The notes under the pieces were generated by a model. The model was not told the DNA's origin. It saw nothing but the letters and a program-made list of their open reading frames with translations, and made no database searches. DNA of 64,000 nucleotides, from the NCBI RefSeq assembly GCF_009914755.1, contig NC_060931.1; one strand, 5' to 3'. Below, one piece after another: positions 1 to 25,265 of the stretch. Position 1 is the first letter of the stretch; every line of letters starts with the position of its first letter. Made by a program: the position numbers and the translations under genes. The stretch comes from the human T2T-CHM13v2.0 reference genome, Homo sapiens.

Positions 1-14
1 GGTCTCATCATTAG

Positions 15-3237
<3,223 letters not shown>

Positions 3238-3520
3238 CAGTTCTCCTTTTTGTCTTGGTGAAGGGCCGTGGGGTGGGGTCCACTGACCGTCAGCGAGACC
3301 GTGAGGCAGAAGCTGTCTCCTTGGTGCCCTGGCCTCCATGTCCTCTTCTGGAACCCCTGACCCTTTCCCCAGACAGACACCCAGCACTCAGCTCTTGTCC
3401 AGCTGGCTCAGGAGGCAATAACTCACTGGCACCTTGGAATGAAGTGTGCGTGAGGCCCTCCTGTACATGCCCACATGCTAAAGAGAAAACCCATGGGAGA
3501 ACATTGTGCACCCCAAGGGG

Positions 3521-4960
<1,440 letters not shown>

Positions 4961-6544
4961 ACACAGAAATACCAGAGGCCCAGGGAGAGTCACCTCCCAG
5001 CCAGAGGATCCACTGGGCTTCCACTGTGGAGCTGGATTACAGAGGAGCTTTTTGTTAGGCAGTGGACTGGGGGAGACATTTGGAAGCAAGGCCCAGGAGT
5101 GGTCAGTGCTGGCCTGGGGCAGGACAGAGCCGACTTCCCTCAGTTCACACAGACATCTCAGAGAAGCACTGGCTGGGGTCCCTCCCCACGACTGCCATCC
5201 GCAGGGGCACGGGGACAAGAGTGAGAGTAGCCTCTGCTGCTGCTTGCAAAGCCCTGGAAAAAGCCAGACCCCGGCAGAGTCAAGAGTCATAAGGAGCAGG
5301 GGCGTCCCGTGGCAGCCCCGTCCATCCCTGTCACTCTGCCTGTCACCTCCTGGGGCTTCTCTGGAAGATCTGAGGCCTCCACCCAGAGCCCCACCCAGAC
5401 TGGTTCTCCTGGAAATGCCAGCTCCTCCCTCCCTGCTCCGGGGACCTGCCTTTCCCTGAACAGGCGGCTCTGTCTCAGCAAGATGGCAAGGTCAGCTCGT
5501 TCGCACTCACATGTAAATGACTGAATGACGAGAGCCTCTTGGGGCAGAGGAGGGATCAGAGGGCGGGCTGGGTCTGTCAGGACGGTTTTCTCCAGGGGAC
5601 TGGGAGACGTTTCTCAGGGGCTGGGGTTGGGTGGAGGCACCTGCCTGCTCCAGCCCTGCCCAGGGGGCATGGGGGCACCCAGGGATGACCGAGGAAGGGG
5701 CTCAAGCACAGTGTGGGCCTGTGTGTGGGAAGGCAGGAGCCAGGTGGAGGCCTAAGGGGAAGGGAATGAGTCAGGCGGGGCAGTCAGGCTTGCCTGGTGC
5801 GTCAGGAGGCAGGCCCAGGACAAGCGTGTGTGTGTGTTTGGGGGTGGGGGGGGTGCACACTCTGCAGCTCAGCTTTTCAAGCCAGGGCTGCCTCTGTCCC
5901 CGACGCTGCCTCATCTGGGGCCGCATCTGACCCTTCCGTGGCTGCAAACAGCACCACCAGCCCCTCCTGGAGTCATCTGCCTTCCCCAGGGCTTTGGTGC
6001 CCAGGGCACCATGCAAATGTGTTCTGGGAAGGAACAGCACAGACTGTGCTCACCTGGGCCGGGAGGGCAGGGCCTCAAGGCTGCATGGAGACTCGGGGCA
6101 GGGGAGAGGACTGGGGGCGCTGGGAGGATTGCGGGGGCTGGGGGGGGGGGCTGGGGCCCACCCCCAGGTGGCTGGAAGTGAGCACAGTGGCCCAAGGCCC
6201 CTCCAGGTGAAGGAAGAGGGAAAGGTCCTGGGGACCGTCCATGCACCTGTGAGTGGGGCCAAGGCTTTGCCCCTAGGACACGGCGATCCCTGCACGGCCC
6301 AGTGCAGCGAGTGGGTGACCCGTGCAGCTCCGGTTGCTTCCCAGTTACTCTTGGCCACGCACACAGCCTGAGAGCAGGAGCTCTGCGCTGGTTTCACAGC
6401 CCTGGAGCCTGGGGGAAGAACCAGTCGCCTGCATGGGGATGGGGAGGCGCAGGGGTGCCGGGGGCCCTTCCAGGGGGTGCGGTTCTGCCATTCAAGGTCC
6501 AGAAAAATGACAGAGGAAGAAGAGTTAGAACAGATTCTGAATCG

Positions 6545-6892
6545 TTCCGCCTCAGCAGGAAGGAAACCCCGTCCCTGCTCCACCACTGGCGCACCTTGAG
6601 GACCTAATGCCGGGCACAGAGGGACAGGCGCTGCAGGACCCCGTGTATGCGGCTCCTAGAGTTCTCAGACCCCTGGAGACAGGAAGAAGAGTGGGGGTGC
6701 CGGGGGACAGGAGTCAGCGTTTCATGGGGACAGAGATTCAGCTTGGGAAGATGGAAAGTTCTGCGGACGATGGAGGTGATGGCTGCACATCAGTGCGAAC
6801 GTGCTCCATGCCACCGAACTGTGCGCTTGAAGACGGCTGAGATGGTGCATTTTATGTTATGTTAGATGAACTTTACCACAATTTTTTAAAAA
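6545..6892 (+). mobile_element. Old L1M (L1MB-like) 3'UTR end
   Basis: ...cagagattcagcttgggaagatggaaagttctg...gatggctgcaca...gccaccgaactgtgcgctt...ttttatgttatg...tttaccacaattttttaaaa follows the characteristic L1MB 3' terminus. Confidence 0.7.
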
Positions 6893-6954
6893 ATCAAGAA
6901 GTGAAAATTTAGACCATGATCCCCAAGTGAAAGCAGATGAAAATCGGAGGAGGG

Positions 6955-7508
<554 letters not shown>

Positions 7509-8204
7509 TCACCTGGGCGCCAGGGTGCAGAGGGGGGTCGCAGGGCAGATGGGGGAGGATGGGGGCTCCAGCCAGGCCTTCAGAGACCGCGCGCCTGGAG
7601 GAGCGTTTGGCATCACTCAACACTAAAGTGCAAACGTGGGCTCCAAGAGCAAGTCAAGGGTGTTACCAGCTGGGCTCTGGGAGCAAAGACAAAGGCCAGT
7701 GGCCTCCCACCCGCCGTGGCAGGACAAGCAGAGTGTGGTCTCCACGCAAGAGGCTGGAGCCTGCAGACCCGGGAGGGCCCCGGGCTGGCGTCACATAGCA
7801 CAGCAATGCCAGCAGCAGCGCAGTCTCAGGCTCTCCCCGCCCCGATGATTCTCCACTCCCAACATAAGGGTCATGTGGTCTGGAGGGACCTTTGGCCCAG
7901 CTACAGGGGACCAACTCAGGGAGACCCCTCCTTGGCTCCGTGTGGGTCAAGAAGGAAAGGATGGATTCCTCGTGTCCATGTAGAGGCAGAGAGCGCTTCC
8001 AAAAAGACAGATGAGTGACCATTGCCTCGGCTGCCTGGGCCCTGAAGGGCTCCCCTGTCCTGCTGACTGTTCTGTTCTCAAGGACCTCGGAGAAATCGTG
8101 TCGCAGTTTAAGGTCCCTTCCTTGCTGCCACCCAGACTTCTCCTTCCCAAACCTTTAGTGAACAACAGCACCGGGAGAGCTCACTGAGCGTGTGCACCTG
8201 TGCA

Positions 8205-8463
8205 CCTGTGAGCGTTGCTTGTGCGTATGTATGTGTGTACATGTGTATGTATGTACATGTAATGTAGGTGTATGTATCTGTGCGAATGTGTGTTGTGTGT
8301 GTGTATGTATATGTGTGGGAGGGTGTGTGTATCTGTGTGAATGTGTGTGGGTGTGTGAGTGGGTGTGTTACACGTGTGTGTATATGTATATGTGCGGGAG
8401 GGTGTGTGTATCTGTGTGAATGTGTGTGGATGTGTTACACATGTATGTGTGTGTTGGTGTGTG
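8205..8463. repeat. Degenerate (TG)n/(TATG)n low-complexity tract
   Basis: Directly visible. Includes a ~50-bp internal block (tgtatatgtg.gggagggtgtgtgtatctgtgtgaatgtgtgtgg) present twice. Confidence 0.85.
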
Positions 8464-9361
8464 CACACGCAGCTCTGCAGTGGGCCTGGCCTCGCCTGGT
8501 CCTGGGGGAGGCCAGGACCGTGGAGTTCTAGAGGGGGCACCAAGGGCCCGTGTGTCCGCGTGGAGCTGGACATGCTTCTGTGGGCCAGGCACCCTGACCC
8601 TGATCCTCTCCAGTGAAGAGGCCGGGGGCAGGCGGAACTGGGTCAGGCTCCGGGACACAGCCTCACCCTATCAGGGCAGCGAGGGCTGGGGCGGACAGGG
8701 GAGCCGTAGACAGCCCGTCCCTGGGTGGGCCTGGCCTTCCCGGCCCTGACTCAGCGTGAAGGGGCAGACAGGGCGCGGCCGCCCACGGGGATTCCCAGTT
8801 CCAGCCCAAACCCCACCTTTTGCTGGCTGCAGGCCCAGGGCCCAGCCCCTCCCAGCGCCCGGTGAGGCCCCAGGTGAGACCTAAAGATCCTCGGCGGGGA
8901 CGGAGGATGCACGTACCTTCCGAGACAGGGTCGCTGCTGGCGGCAGGAGGGGCTCCCGGCCCTGCCTTCCTTCCCAGGGGCTGGACCAGGCAGTGCTGGG
9001 CGTGGTTCTCAACCTTGCCTGAGAAAAAGCGTGAAAAGTGCACACAGGGCTCTGGGGCCTGCGGAGCTCATGGCCCCCTGAGGGCAGGGAGAGCTGCTGC
9101 CCGGCCGAGCCTCTGCTCCCACGGTCTCAGGCCCTCCCCGCCCTGATGAGTCTCCGCTCCCAACACAAGGGCCACGTGGTCTGGAGGGACCTTTTGCCCA
9201 GCTGCAGGGGCCATCTCAGGGAGACCCCGCCTTGGAGGACTTGTTCTCCGGATCTCCAGACGTTTAGGCTGAAAGTGCAGAGATTTAGAAGTCGGACAGG
9301 GAGTTGGGGAGCAGCGCTGTGCACGTTCCACTCACCTGAACCGCATCGTCTGAGTCGCGTT

Positions 9362-10724
<1,363 letters not shown>

Positions 10725-11762
10725 AGTTGTAAGCTTAGCGATGGTCTCTGGCTTGTAGAGGAGCCTCCAGGGTGACTCGATTAGCCCCTACTCACTTGTG
10801 TGGTTGTACCTTCATTCTTTTCCAGCAGACAAGCCTGTGCTGAGCACCTGCTGTGTGCCAGCGACTGTCTGAGTTGCACAGCTGATACGGGACCCAGGCT
10901 TGGACCTGCACGGCTGCCAGCCACTGAGCCTGGAGTGCCACAAGCAGGGTTCAGTCGCCATCGTGGGAATGCCACGCAGGAGATGCATGGGTTTCAGCGT
11001 GCCATGAGGATGAACCCAACCTACAGAAATGATCATTATTTAGACTGAACTCTGAAAAAGTAGAGGGGTTTAGCCAGGGAGTGGTAATGGGGGGACAGAC
11101 AGGCCGTGGTGGGAAGGGAGGGAGGGGACCCCAGGCAGAGGGAGCAGCCTGTGAGGAAGAGCAAGGACACCGTGATTCTTGGACTGTGGTGGCCGAGAGT
11201 GGCTCAGACTCCCTGGCTAGGGAAGCGGGGACGCCTGCTTTCTTCTGGGAGCCCTGCCCCACACAGTGGAGTCTGAGGGTATTTTAAGCTGAGGACCAGA
11301 TTCTGAACAGCGGTGACCCTCCCCTAGAGCCCAGCCCTTATGGTGGGAGAAGCCCCAGTCATCCGGGGAGGCATGTGATGCCAGCCCGGCCCCCAGCAGC
11401 CAGTGCCAGGCCTGCGAGCGGGTATCCTGGGGGAGCCCCGGCCAGCATCTGCCTTCACTTCAGGAGAGGAGAGCCTCCCAACAGAGCCCCGTCTCCCGGA
11501 GCCCTCAGAGAGCTCTGCCACCATTGCTTTAAGACAACATAACCAGAGCCAGTGGGAACCCTTCCAGTTCTGGGGCGGGTGCAGGACTCCCACTTCCCTT
11601 AACTCAGTCTTCAAGAGTCCCTCCAGCCTGCGAGACCGTGGTGGGCACCTGGTGAACCATTGAACCCCAACATCCCTATGGAAGCCCTGCACAGTGAAAG
11701 TCCCAAGAAAAATATCTGTGAAATGAGTAAAGGGTTATTCTCAGTTTACAACAAAGACTTGA

Positions 11763-13008
<1,246 letters not shown>

Positions 13009-13878
13009 TAACCCAATCTCAGGGAATTCCCCTAGGGGAACACTGTTTCTCCGTCTCCCATCCTAGGCTCTGAATTCCCCAGTGATTTCAGAGGAAGTTT
13101 CTGATAAGCCAAAAACAAAGACACATAATCCAGCGGAAAGCCTCCTGTGGCTCTGACGGGCGAGAATATCCCCGGTGATTTGGACACACGCACCTCTTCC
13201 TGGCGGGGTATTTGATTAAGGAAGAAACTCCCTGTGTTATGTAAGATCTGTGTCATCTGATCCATCAGGGTTTCTTGTCCAGATGCTCAGGCTGAAGAGG
13301 TACCGTCGGTCCGAGGTCACTGCCTGGCAAGCGAAGGCCATGATGGTGGGTTGGATGGGTCATAGGTCACGGTCATGGGCTCCAGGCCCTCAGACCCCAC
13401 CTCCAAATGCCCGGTCATCCTGCTAAGATGTTTATAGCATACATCGTATTTAACCTTTGAAGGTGTTAGATACAGTCAACATGGTAGTTCCATATTTTGA
13501 GTACGAGAACCACGTTTAACATCAAGAGATTATCATGTCCTCTCAACTGGTCATGGTTATAATTTTGTTATTTATTGAAAGAGAAAATTCTGAGGGACTC
13601 CAAAACCACTATAAATTCAGGAACATTTACAGGAGCTTGTGTCTCATTCATTTGAACAGCCCGTATATTTCATTTCTTACCTTGGAGGACTCCTGTTGTT
13701 CACCCACAAGGCTTGCTGTGTTCAGGAACTTCCAAATCTTAGAGTGAGGCAGCCACGTCCAGGGGCTGAGGTCCGCTGTGAGGAGCCCCTCAGCTGCAGG
13801 TGCCAGGGTGGGGATGCGTTCAGACAGCCTTGAAGGGCCGTGGGCCACCCTGTGGGTGCAGATGAGCTTCACATGGGT

Positions 13879-14603
<725 letters not shown>

Positions 14604-14787
14604 GTGGTCCTGTGCTCTTAGCCTTTCATTGAAAGAGTCCACATGCGGTTGCTAGAAAGCACACGGAGCCCTTTGCCCAGGCCCCTCCACGGTGGCGTCG
14701 TGCGGAATCACCGCATGGCGTTCCCGCCAGCACGGCCACAGAGACACAGCCACGCCTCTTGTCAGGCCTCCTGGTGTTTCTTGTACT

Positions 14788-15678
14788 TGTGTGTGCTGCG
14801 TATGTGTCTCTATGTATGTGTGGTGTGGTGTGTGTATGTGGTGTGATGTGGTGTGGTATGGTGTGGTGTGTGGCATATGTGTGTGGTGTGTGTGGTGTGT
14901 GGCATGCTGGGTAGTGTGTGGTATGTGGTGTATAATGCTGCGTGGTGTGTGGTGTGTGTGTGTTCTGTGGTGTATGGTGTGTGTGGGTGTGATATGTGTG
15001 TGGTGTGTGTGGTGTGTAGTGTGTGGTGTATTGTGTTGTGTGGTGTGTGTTGTGTGGTGGTGTGTGGTGTTGCCTGGTGTGTGTGTGCTGTGTAATGTGT
15101 GTTGTGTTGTGTGTGGCGTGTTGTGTTTGTGTGCTGGCTGGTGTGTGATGTGTGGTGTGCTGTGTGTGTGGTGTGTGTGGAGTGGTGTGTTGTGTGTGGT
15201 GTGTGTGATATGATGTGTGTATGCTATGTGTGGTGTGTCATGTGTTGTGTATGTTTGTGTGTGCTGGGTGGCATGTGGTGTGTGTGTGCTGTGTGGCGTG
15301 TCATGGGTAGTGTGTGATATGCTGGGTGGTGTGTGGTGTGTGCATGGTATGTGGTGTGTGTGTGGTGTGTGGTGTGCGGTGTGCGTTGTCTGGTGTGTGT
15401 GTGGTGTGTGGTGTGGTGTGTGTGGTGTGTGGTGTGTTGTGTGTGTGGTGTGGTGTGTGTGGTGTGTGTGGTGTGTGGTGTGTGTGGTGTGGTGTATGGT
15501 GTGTGTGGTGTGTTGTGTGGTGTGTGCGGTGTGTTGTGTGGTGTGTGTGGTGTGTGGTGTGTGATGTGTGTGGTGTGTGTGGTTTGTATTGTGCGGTGTG
15601 TGTGGTGTGTTGTGCTGTGTGTATGGTGTGTGGTGTGTGTGTTGTGCGGTGTGTGTGGTGTGTGGTGTGTGGTGTGTG
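14788..15678. repeat. ~0.9 kb degenerate (TG/TGG)n simple-repeat tract
   Basis: Almost exclusively G and T on the + strand, with tgtgg/tgtgtgg units that become purer toward the 3' end. Confidence 0.95.
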
Positions 15679-15689
15679 CAGAGGCTTCT

Positions 15690-16700
15690 AGTTCTCTACG
15701 ACTCCACCACCCATGGGTGCTCACAAGCTCCCTCTACAGGAGCGGCTCCGCCCCGCCCTGCACCCAGCACCCCTCCCCACGTGGGACCCTCCCCACGTGG
15801 GACCCTCCGCCCTGCTCTAACCCTGCCGGCGGCGCCGCCCTCCACGTCTGAGATTCTGTCATTTCCGCTGTGCTCTGTGAGTGGCATCAGGCCGCAGGTC
15901 GCCTTTGGGGGTGGCTTCCCACACAGCCGAGGCCCCAGAGGCTGCCTTGAGCGTGGCGGGGGCCAGGAGTCCGGGGCGGGGGAGCCCGGGGTTTGCTCCT
16001 CGGGACGGAGGAAGATTCCAGGCTCAGCCGCCTCCAGTCTGCAGCCCTGCGAACCGCCTGCCACGCGCATTCCTGAGCAGGGCTCTGCAGGGCGCGGCGT
16101 GCACGGCTCTGGAACCTGCCAGGATGCGCTGATGTGGCAACTCACTCAGGGTGGCATCGTTCCATGGGCAAGCACCCCTTAGAGAAATGAGGAATGACTC
16201 AGATGATCGGCTTCTACGAGTCTCTGCTGCCATTTTAGGGGCCCCGTAAGGTTCCAGCTGTTTTTTGTTTTGCTTTGTTTGCTGTTTGGTTGGACGACAA
16301 CGTGAGTAGGACTCCTGTCCCAAGGGGAGGACGCGTCCAGCCCGCCCGCCACGTGTCCAGCCTGCTCTCCGGAGCTGCACCAGAGCCTGTGTGGAAAGGA
16401 GAAGACGCAGCTCTCCCTGGGAGAGGCCTCAGCACAGCGATGCGAACCTCTCACACGCATGCAGAATTCTCCCACGTGTGTCAGGGAGCCCAGGTCCACC
16501 TCCCAGGAAGGCCGGCTCCCCAGCGTCCAGCACGTGGCCTGCTCTGCAGGGGAGCGGGAGGCCGGGGTCCCCCACACAGCTTCTCTCCGTCCACCTGCGC
16601 GGAGGCTCCTGCACAGGAACCCTGGTGAGAAAACACCCGCGGTGGGAGGAGAGCGCACGCCGGTGTTGCACACGCTCCCGTGTCACTTTCCCTGGTGGTC
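15690..16700. promoter_or_regulatory. Orphan CpG-rich candidate regulatory element (five CACGTG E-boxes, GC boxes, YY1-like site)
   Basis: CACGTG at 15778, 15794, 16350, 16473 and 16531; CCGCCCCGCCC ~15748; GGGGCGGGG ~15973; GCTGCCATTTT ~16225; many retained CpGs. Function is inferred only. Confidence 0.45.
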
Positions 16701-17484
16701 TAAAGACATGGTATTCACTCACCAACATCCCACTGCATTGTTCGGAAATAAAAATGCCATTAGTCCTGCCTCTGTCAGGCTGAAAGCAGTCACGGCCCTG
16801 GAACCAAGAATGGCTTTTACATCTATGGAGGGTTGCAAAAGACAAACAAGGGAAGGAGGATCACTTGAGGCCATGAGTTTGAGACCAGCCCAGACAACAA
16901 AGCAAGATCTCATCTCTACAAGAAAAAAAAAAGGCCGGGAACAGTGGCTCACGCCTGTAATCCCAGCACTTTGGGGCTGGCAAATTGCTTGAACCCAGGA
17001 GTTTGGGACCAGCCTGGGCAACATGGTGAAACCCATCTCTACTAAAAAATACAAAAAAGTAGCTGCTCAGGAGGCTACGGTGGGAGGATCACCTGAGCCC
17101 TGGAAGTCAAGGCTGCAGTGAGCCGTGTTCACGCCACTACACTCCAGCCTGGGTGACAGGAGTGAAACTGTCAAAAAACAAACAAACAAACAAAAAACTA
17201 GCCTGGCATTGTGGTGAATGCCTGTATTCCCAGCTACTTGGGGCAGGAAGATCGCTGGAGCCCATGTTCGAGGCTGCAGTGTGCGGAGAGCTATTATTAC
17301 ACCACTGCACTCCAGCCTGGGTAACAGTGATCCTGTCTCAAAATACATACATATATCTAGCAAGTAATTCAGATCATGTTGATTTAAAGACAACACAGCT
17401 GAATATACGATGGCAAGAACAAAATGTATGACTCCAATATATAATATGAAACCTTAGAGCATTTATTCCCCTTGGCTAAGAGGG

Positions 17485-17889
17485 TCTGAATTCCTTTCGC
17501 AGGGCTGCCAGAACAACATCCCACAGACTGGGCAGCTTAAACAAGAGATTGAGCGTCTCGCACTCTGCAGTCTGGAAGGCCAAGGTCAAGGTGTAGGCAG
17601 GGCTGGTTCCTCAGTGGCTCTGCAGGACGACTGTGTCCCAGGCTACTTCCCTTTGCTGATCGATGGCCCTTGGCCCTCTGTGTCCTCACAGGGTGGCCCT
17701 TCTGTGCACGTCTGCATCCTGATCTCTTCTGGTAAGGACCCCAATCGGATTGGAAGAGGGCCCACCCTAATGGCCTCCTTTTGGCTTAATGATCTCTCGG
17801 GAGACCCTGTCTCCAGGTACAGTCACATTCTGGGTACTGGGAGTTGGGCTTGAACACAGGGCTTGGAGAGCACTGTTTTGCCCATAACA
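17485..17889 (-). mobile_element. MLT1A-type (MaLR) solo LTR
   Basis: gggctgcc..aacaa...cacagactggg..gcttaaacaa...tctgga.gg..aag.tcaaggtgt.ggcagggctggttcct...cagtcacattctg..gtactgg...cccataaca. Confidence 0.7.
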
Positions 17890-18585
17890 GGGCCTCTGGG
17901 GAAAAGTTCAAAAATCTGTCAAAAGAAGGAGAAGACAGGAGAATCGCATCGCTTGAACCCGGGAGGCGGAGGTTGCAGTCAGCCAAGATTGCGCCACTTC
18001 ACTCCAGCCTGGGCGACAGAGGAAGACTCTGTCTCAAAAAAAAAAAAAAAAGAACGGTAGATCCTTCTGTTCTGCCTGGAAGGTTGTCCACGAGGCCTTA
18101 GTGAGTGAAAGAGCCGTTCTGGGGGCGTCTAAACTGTATGTTCCCATGTGTATGTTCAGGCTACTGACCTGTAGCTCGAGTGGAATTGCAGGGGCCTGTC
18201 TGCATCATAGACAGGGCACACTTTGAATTTTCCTGACAACGTGCGTTTTATCTATTATAGGCACACATTTTAAAAACTGGAAATGGAAACCAGAGCAAAC
18301 ACACGAAAACAAAAACCCCCAAACAGATGAGTAAGGGAAACCACTCAGTATGTGTAAACCGTGCCACCAACGTTCCAGTTCACAGCAGCCAGATCACAGG
18401 AAGCTGCCTGGCACAGGCGCCCACTTCCTGGTGTCGGGTGGCCCAGAAACCGCCTTGTCATCAGCGTTGCTTGGTGAGCACAGCCCCAGGCACAGCCCCA
18501 GGGCTCGACTGTCTTTCTGAGCCCAGCTCCCTCCTGGTGGGAACATTCAGTATGTCTTCCTCGGAGGAGGCCATGTCAACCCTGA

Positions 18586-18846
<261 letters not shown>

Positions 18847-18849
18847 TGA

Positions 18850-19313
<464 letters not shown>

Positions 19314-19922
19314 TGATCCGCCCGCCTCAGCTTCCCAAAGTGCTGGGATTACAGGCATGAGCCACCGCGCCCGGCCTCTGCCCTTCTTTTCAGTTGCTGC
19401 ATAGTCTCCATTGCATGGTCCTACTGTGTCCATCTCATCAGTTCCTTAGGAATTAGTGCTTAGGGTAGCTGCAGTCTCTGCCACTCTCACCATGGCTGCA
19501 GAGCGTGTCCCGGCATATATTTAATGTGTTTCACTTTGTCTACTCCTGCAAATGGATCTGCAGACGTTCCTGTCAGTGGAATTGTTAGGTCAAAGACGAT
19601 GCATGTCTTCCTCTGAGTATTGATTGTCACGTCTCTCACACTGACATATGCTACTGATTGCAAATCTATGTGGATGCTGCTGTATCAAATAACATTCAAA
19701 TTAGTCGCAAAGGAAAAGAGAGATGGATTCCTTTCATATGAATTGTCCAACATAGGCAGGTGCACGGGGACAAAGTGGAAGAAGGGGAGAGCCTGTGATG
19801 GATCTGAGGTGGTTGTTGTTTTTGTTTTGTTTTACTGCTCCTTGTGGGGTAGGTCCTCCTCGTAGACAGTGTGCCCAGCATAGCCCAAGGTTTCTTTCTT
19901 TCTTTTTTTTTTTTCTTTTTGA

Positions 19923-20030
<108 letters not shown>

Positions 20031-20215
20031 TAGCGGGGACTACAGGCATGTGCCACCGTACCTGGCTCATTTTTGCATTTTTGGTAGAGACGGTGTTTCA
20101 CCATATTGGCCAGGCTGGTCTTGAACTCCTGACCTTGTAATCCGCCCACCTTGGCCTCCCAAAGTGCTGGGATTACAGGCATGAGTCACTGCGCCCGGCC
20201 TGCTTTTCATATTTT

Positions 20216-20444
20216 AGAGATGGGTCTGGTGATGTTGCCCAGGCTGGAGGGCACTGGCCATGGTCAGCACAGAAGCTCTTAACCTGCTCCTGTTCCCCGC
20301 TGACATGGGCTCGTTCACCCCACCTTGGGCAACCTGGTGGCCCCCAGCTTCCAGAGGTCACCATATTGATGCTGAATTTAGCATGGACACCTAATCAATT
20401 TAACACACTGCAGCCTCAAGCTCCCGGGCTCACACAGTCATCCT
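20216..20444 (-). pseudogene. RN7SL142P: 7SL (SRP) RNA processed pseudogene, 5'-truncated, small internal deletion near the 3' end
   Basis: The reverse complement contains the 7SL-specific S domain, which Alu lacks (ggtgtccatgctaaattcagcatcaatatggtgacctc...ccaccaggttgcccaagg.ggggtgaac...ggagcagg), and ends ...ctccagcctgggcaacat...gacccatctct-AAAA. The symbol is recalled from the gene order next to DNAJB6 and is less certain than the 7SL identity. Confidence 0.85.
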
Positions 20445-20948
20445 ACACTCCTGGCAATTCTGTTTTAGGAATTTAACTTTAGGAGATAGTAAAAGATAAC
20501 TTCTTTTTTTTTTTTTTAAGTTGAGACAGGGTCTCGCCTTGTCTCCAGGCTGGAGTGCAGTAGTGCACTCACGGCCCACTACAACCTCAGCCTCCTGGGC
20601 TCAGGAGATTCTCCCACCTCAGCCTCCTGAGTAGCTGGGACTACAGGCACGCGTCACCATACTCAGCTAATTTTTAAATTTTTTTTGTAGAGATGGGGTC
20701 TCGTTATATTGCCCAGGCTGGTCTGGAAATCCTGGCAGCAAGTAATCCTCCTGCCTCAGCCTCCAAAAGTGCTGGGATTACAGGCAGGAGCCACCACCCT
20801 CGACCCCAGCAAAAGATAACTTTTAAAAAGAATATAGTCGTGATTCATACAGATATAAAATGAGCATGTGTTAAAAGATTTCATGTAACTCGTTCAGATG
20901 TTACAACTGGTTTAAAAATAATTCCAAGAACCACACACATATAGGAAA

Positions 20949-22783
<1,835 letters not shown>

Positions 22784-23399
22784 TCTCTGAAGACGTCCCG
22801 CTGAGCCCTGGTGGACTTGAATCCACTAGGAAAGCTCAACCCAGCACAGCTCTCTAAGTCAGCATCCCAGTAAATGCACGTGGAGAGGAGGTTGGGCCAG
22901 GGCCACACAGAGCCTCAGGTCCGACATCTGCCAAACAAGACACCAGCTGTGTGCAGCCACAGCTCCTTCATGAAACTCTTGGGACCCAATGTGCTTTGGA
23001 ACTCGGAATTTTCCCAAACTTTGAAAAGTCGATTCTGCACATATACTATGGTTCTGTTCCATCCCATCTCCGGAGGGTAGGCAGCAGAGTGTGTGCAGGT
23101 CCACACTGGCCATCAGTAGCCTCAGACCAATTATGTCATATTTTACAACCAAGGAGTTTCTTAAAAATGTACTTTCTGACCGGGCGCGGCGGCTCATGCC
23201 TGTAATCCCAGCACTTTGGGAGGCCCCGCCACTCTAACTAGGTGAACTCTCCCTCGCCCGAGGCTCCAACCAGCTTCCACCTCCTGGTTTGTCCACTCCG
23301 CTTCACGGCCACACCTCTGACTGCGCTTTGAGGGCTGCACCAGCTGTGTGAGCATCTCACCTGCTCGTCGGACAGACTTGGGTTTCTCGGTCCCCTGCT

Positions 23400-25265
<1,866 letters not shown>

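Noticed and set aside
14652-15851. Cys/Val/Trp-rich and His/Thr-rich ORFs
   Set aside because: Artefacts of the stop-poor TG repeat; the same applies at 8181-8749.
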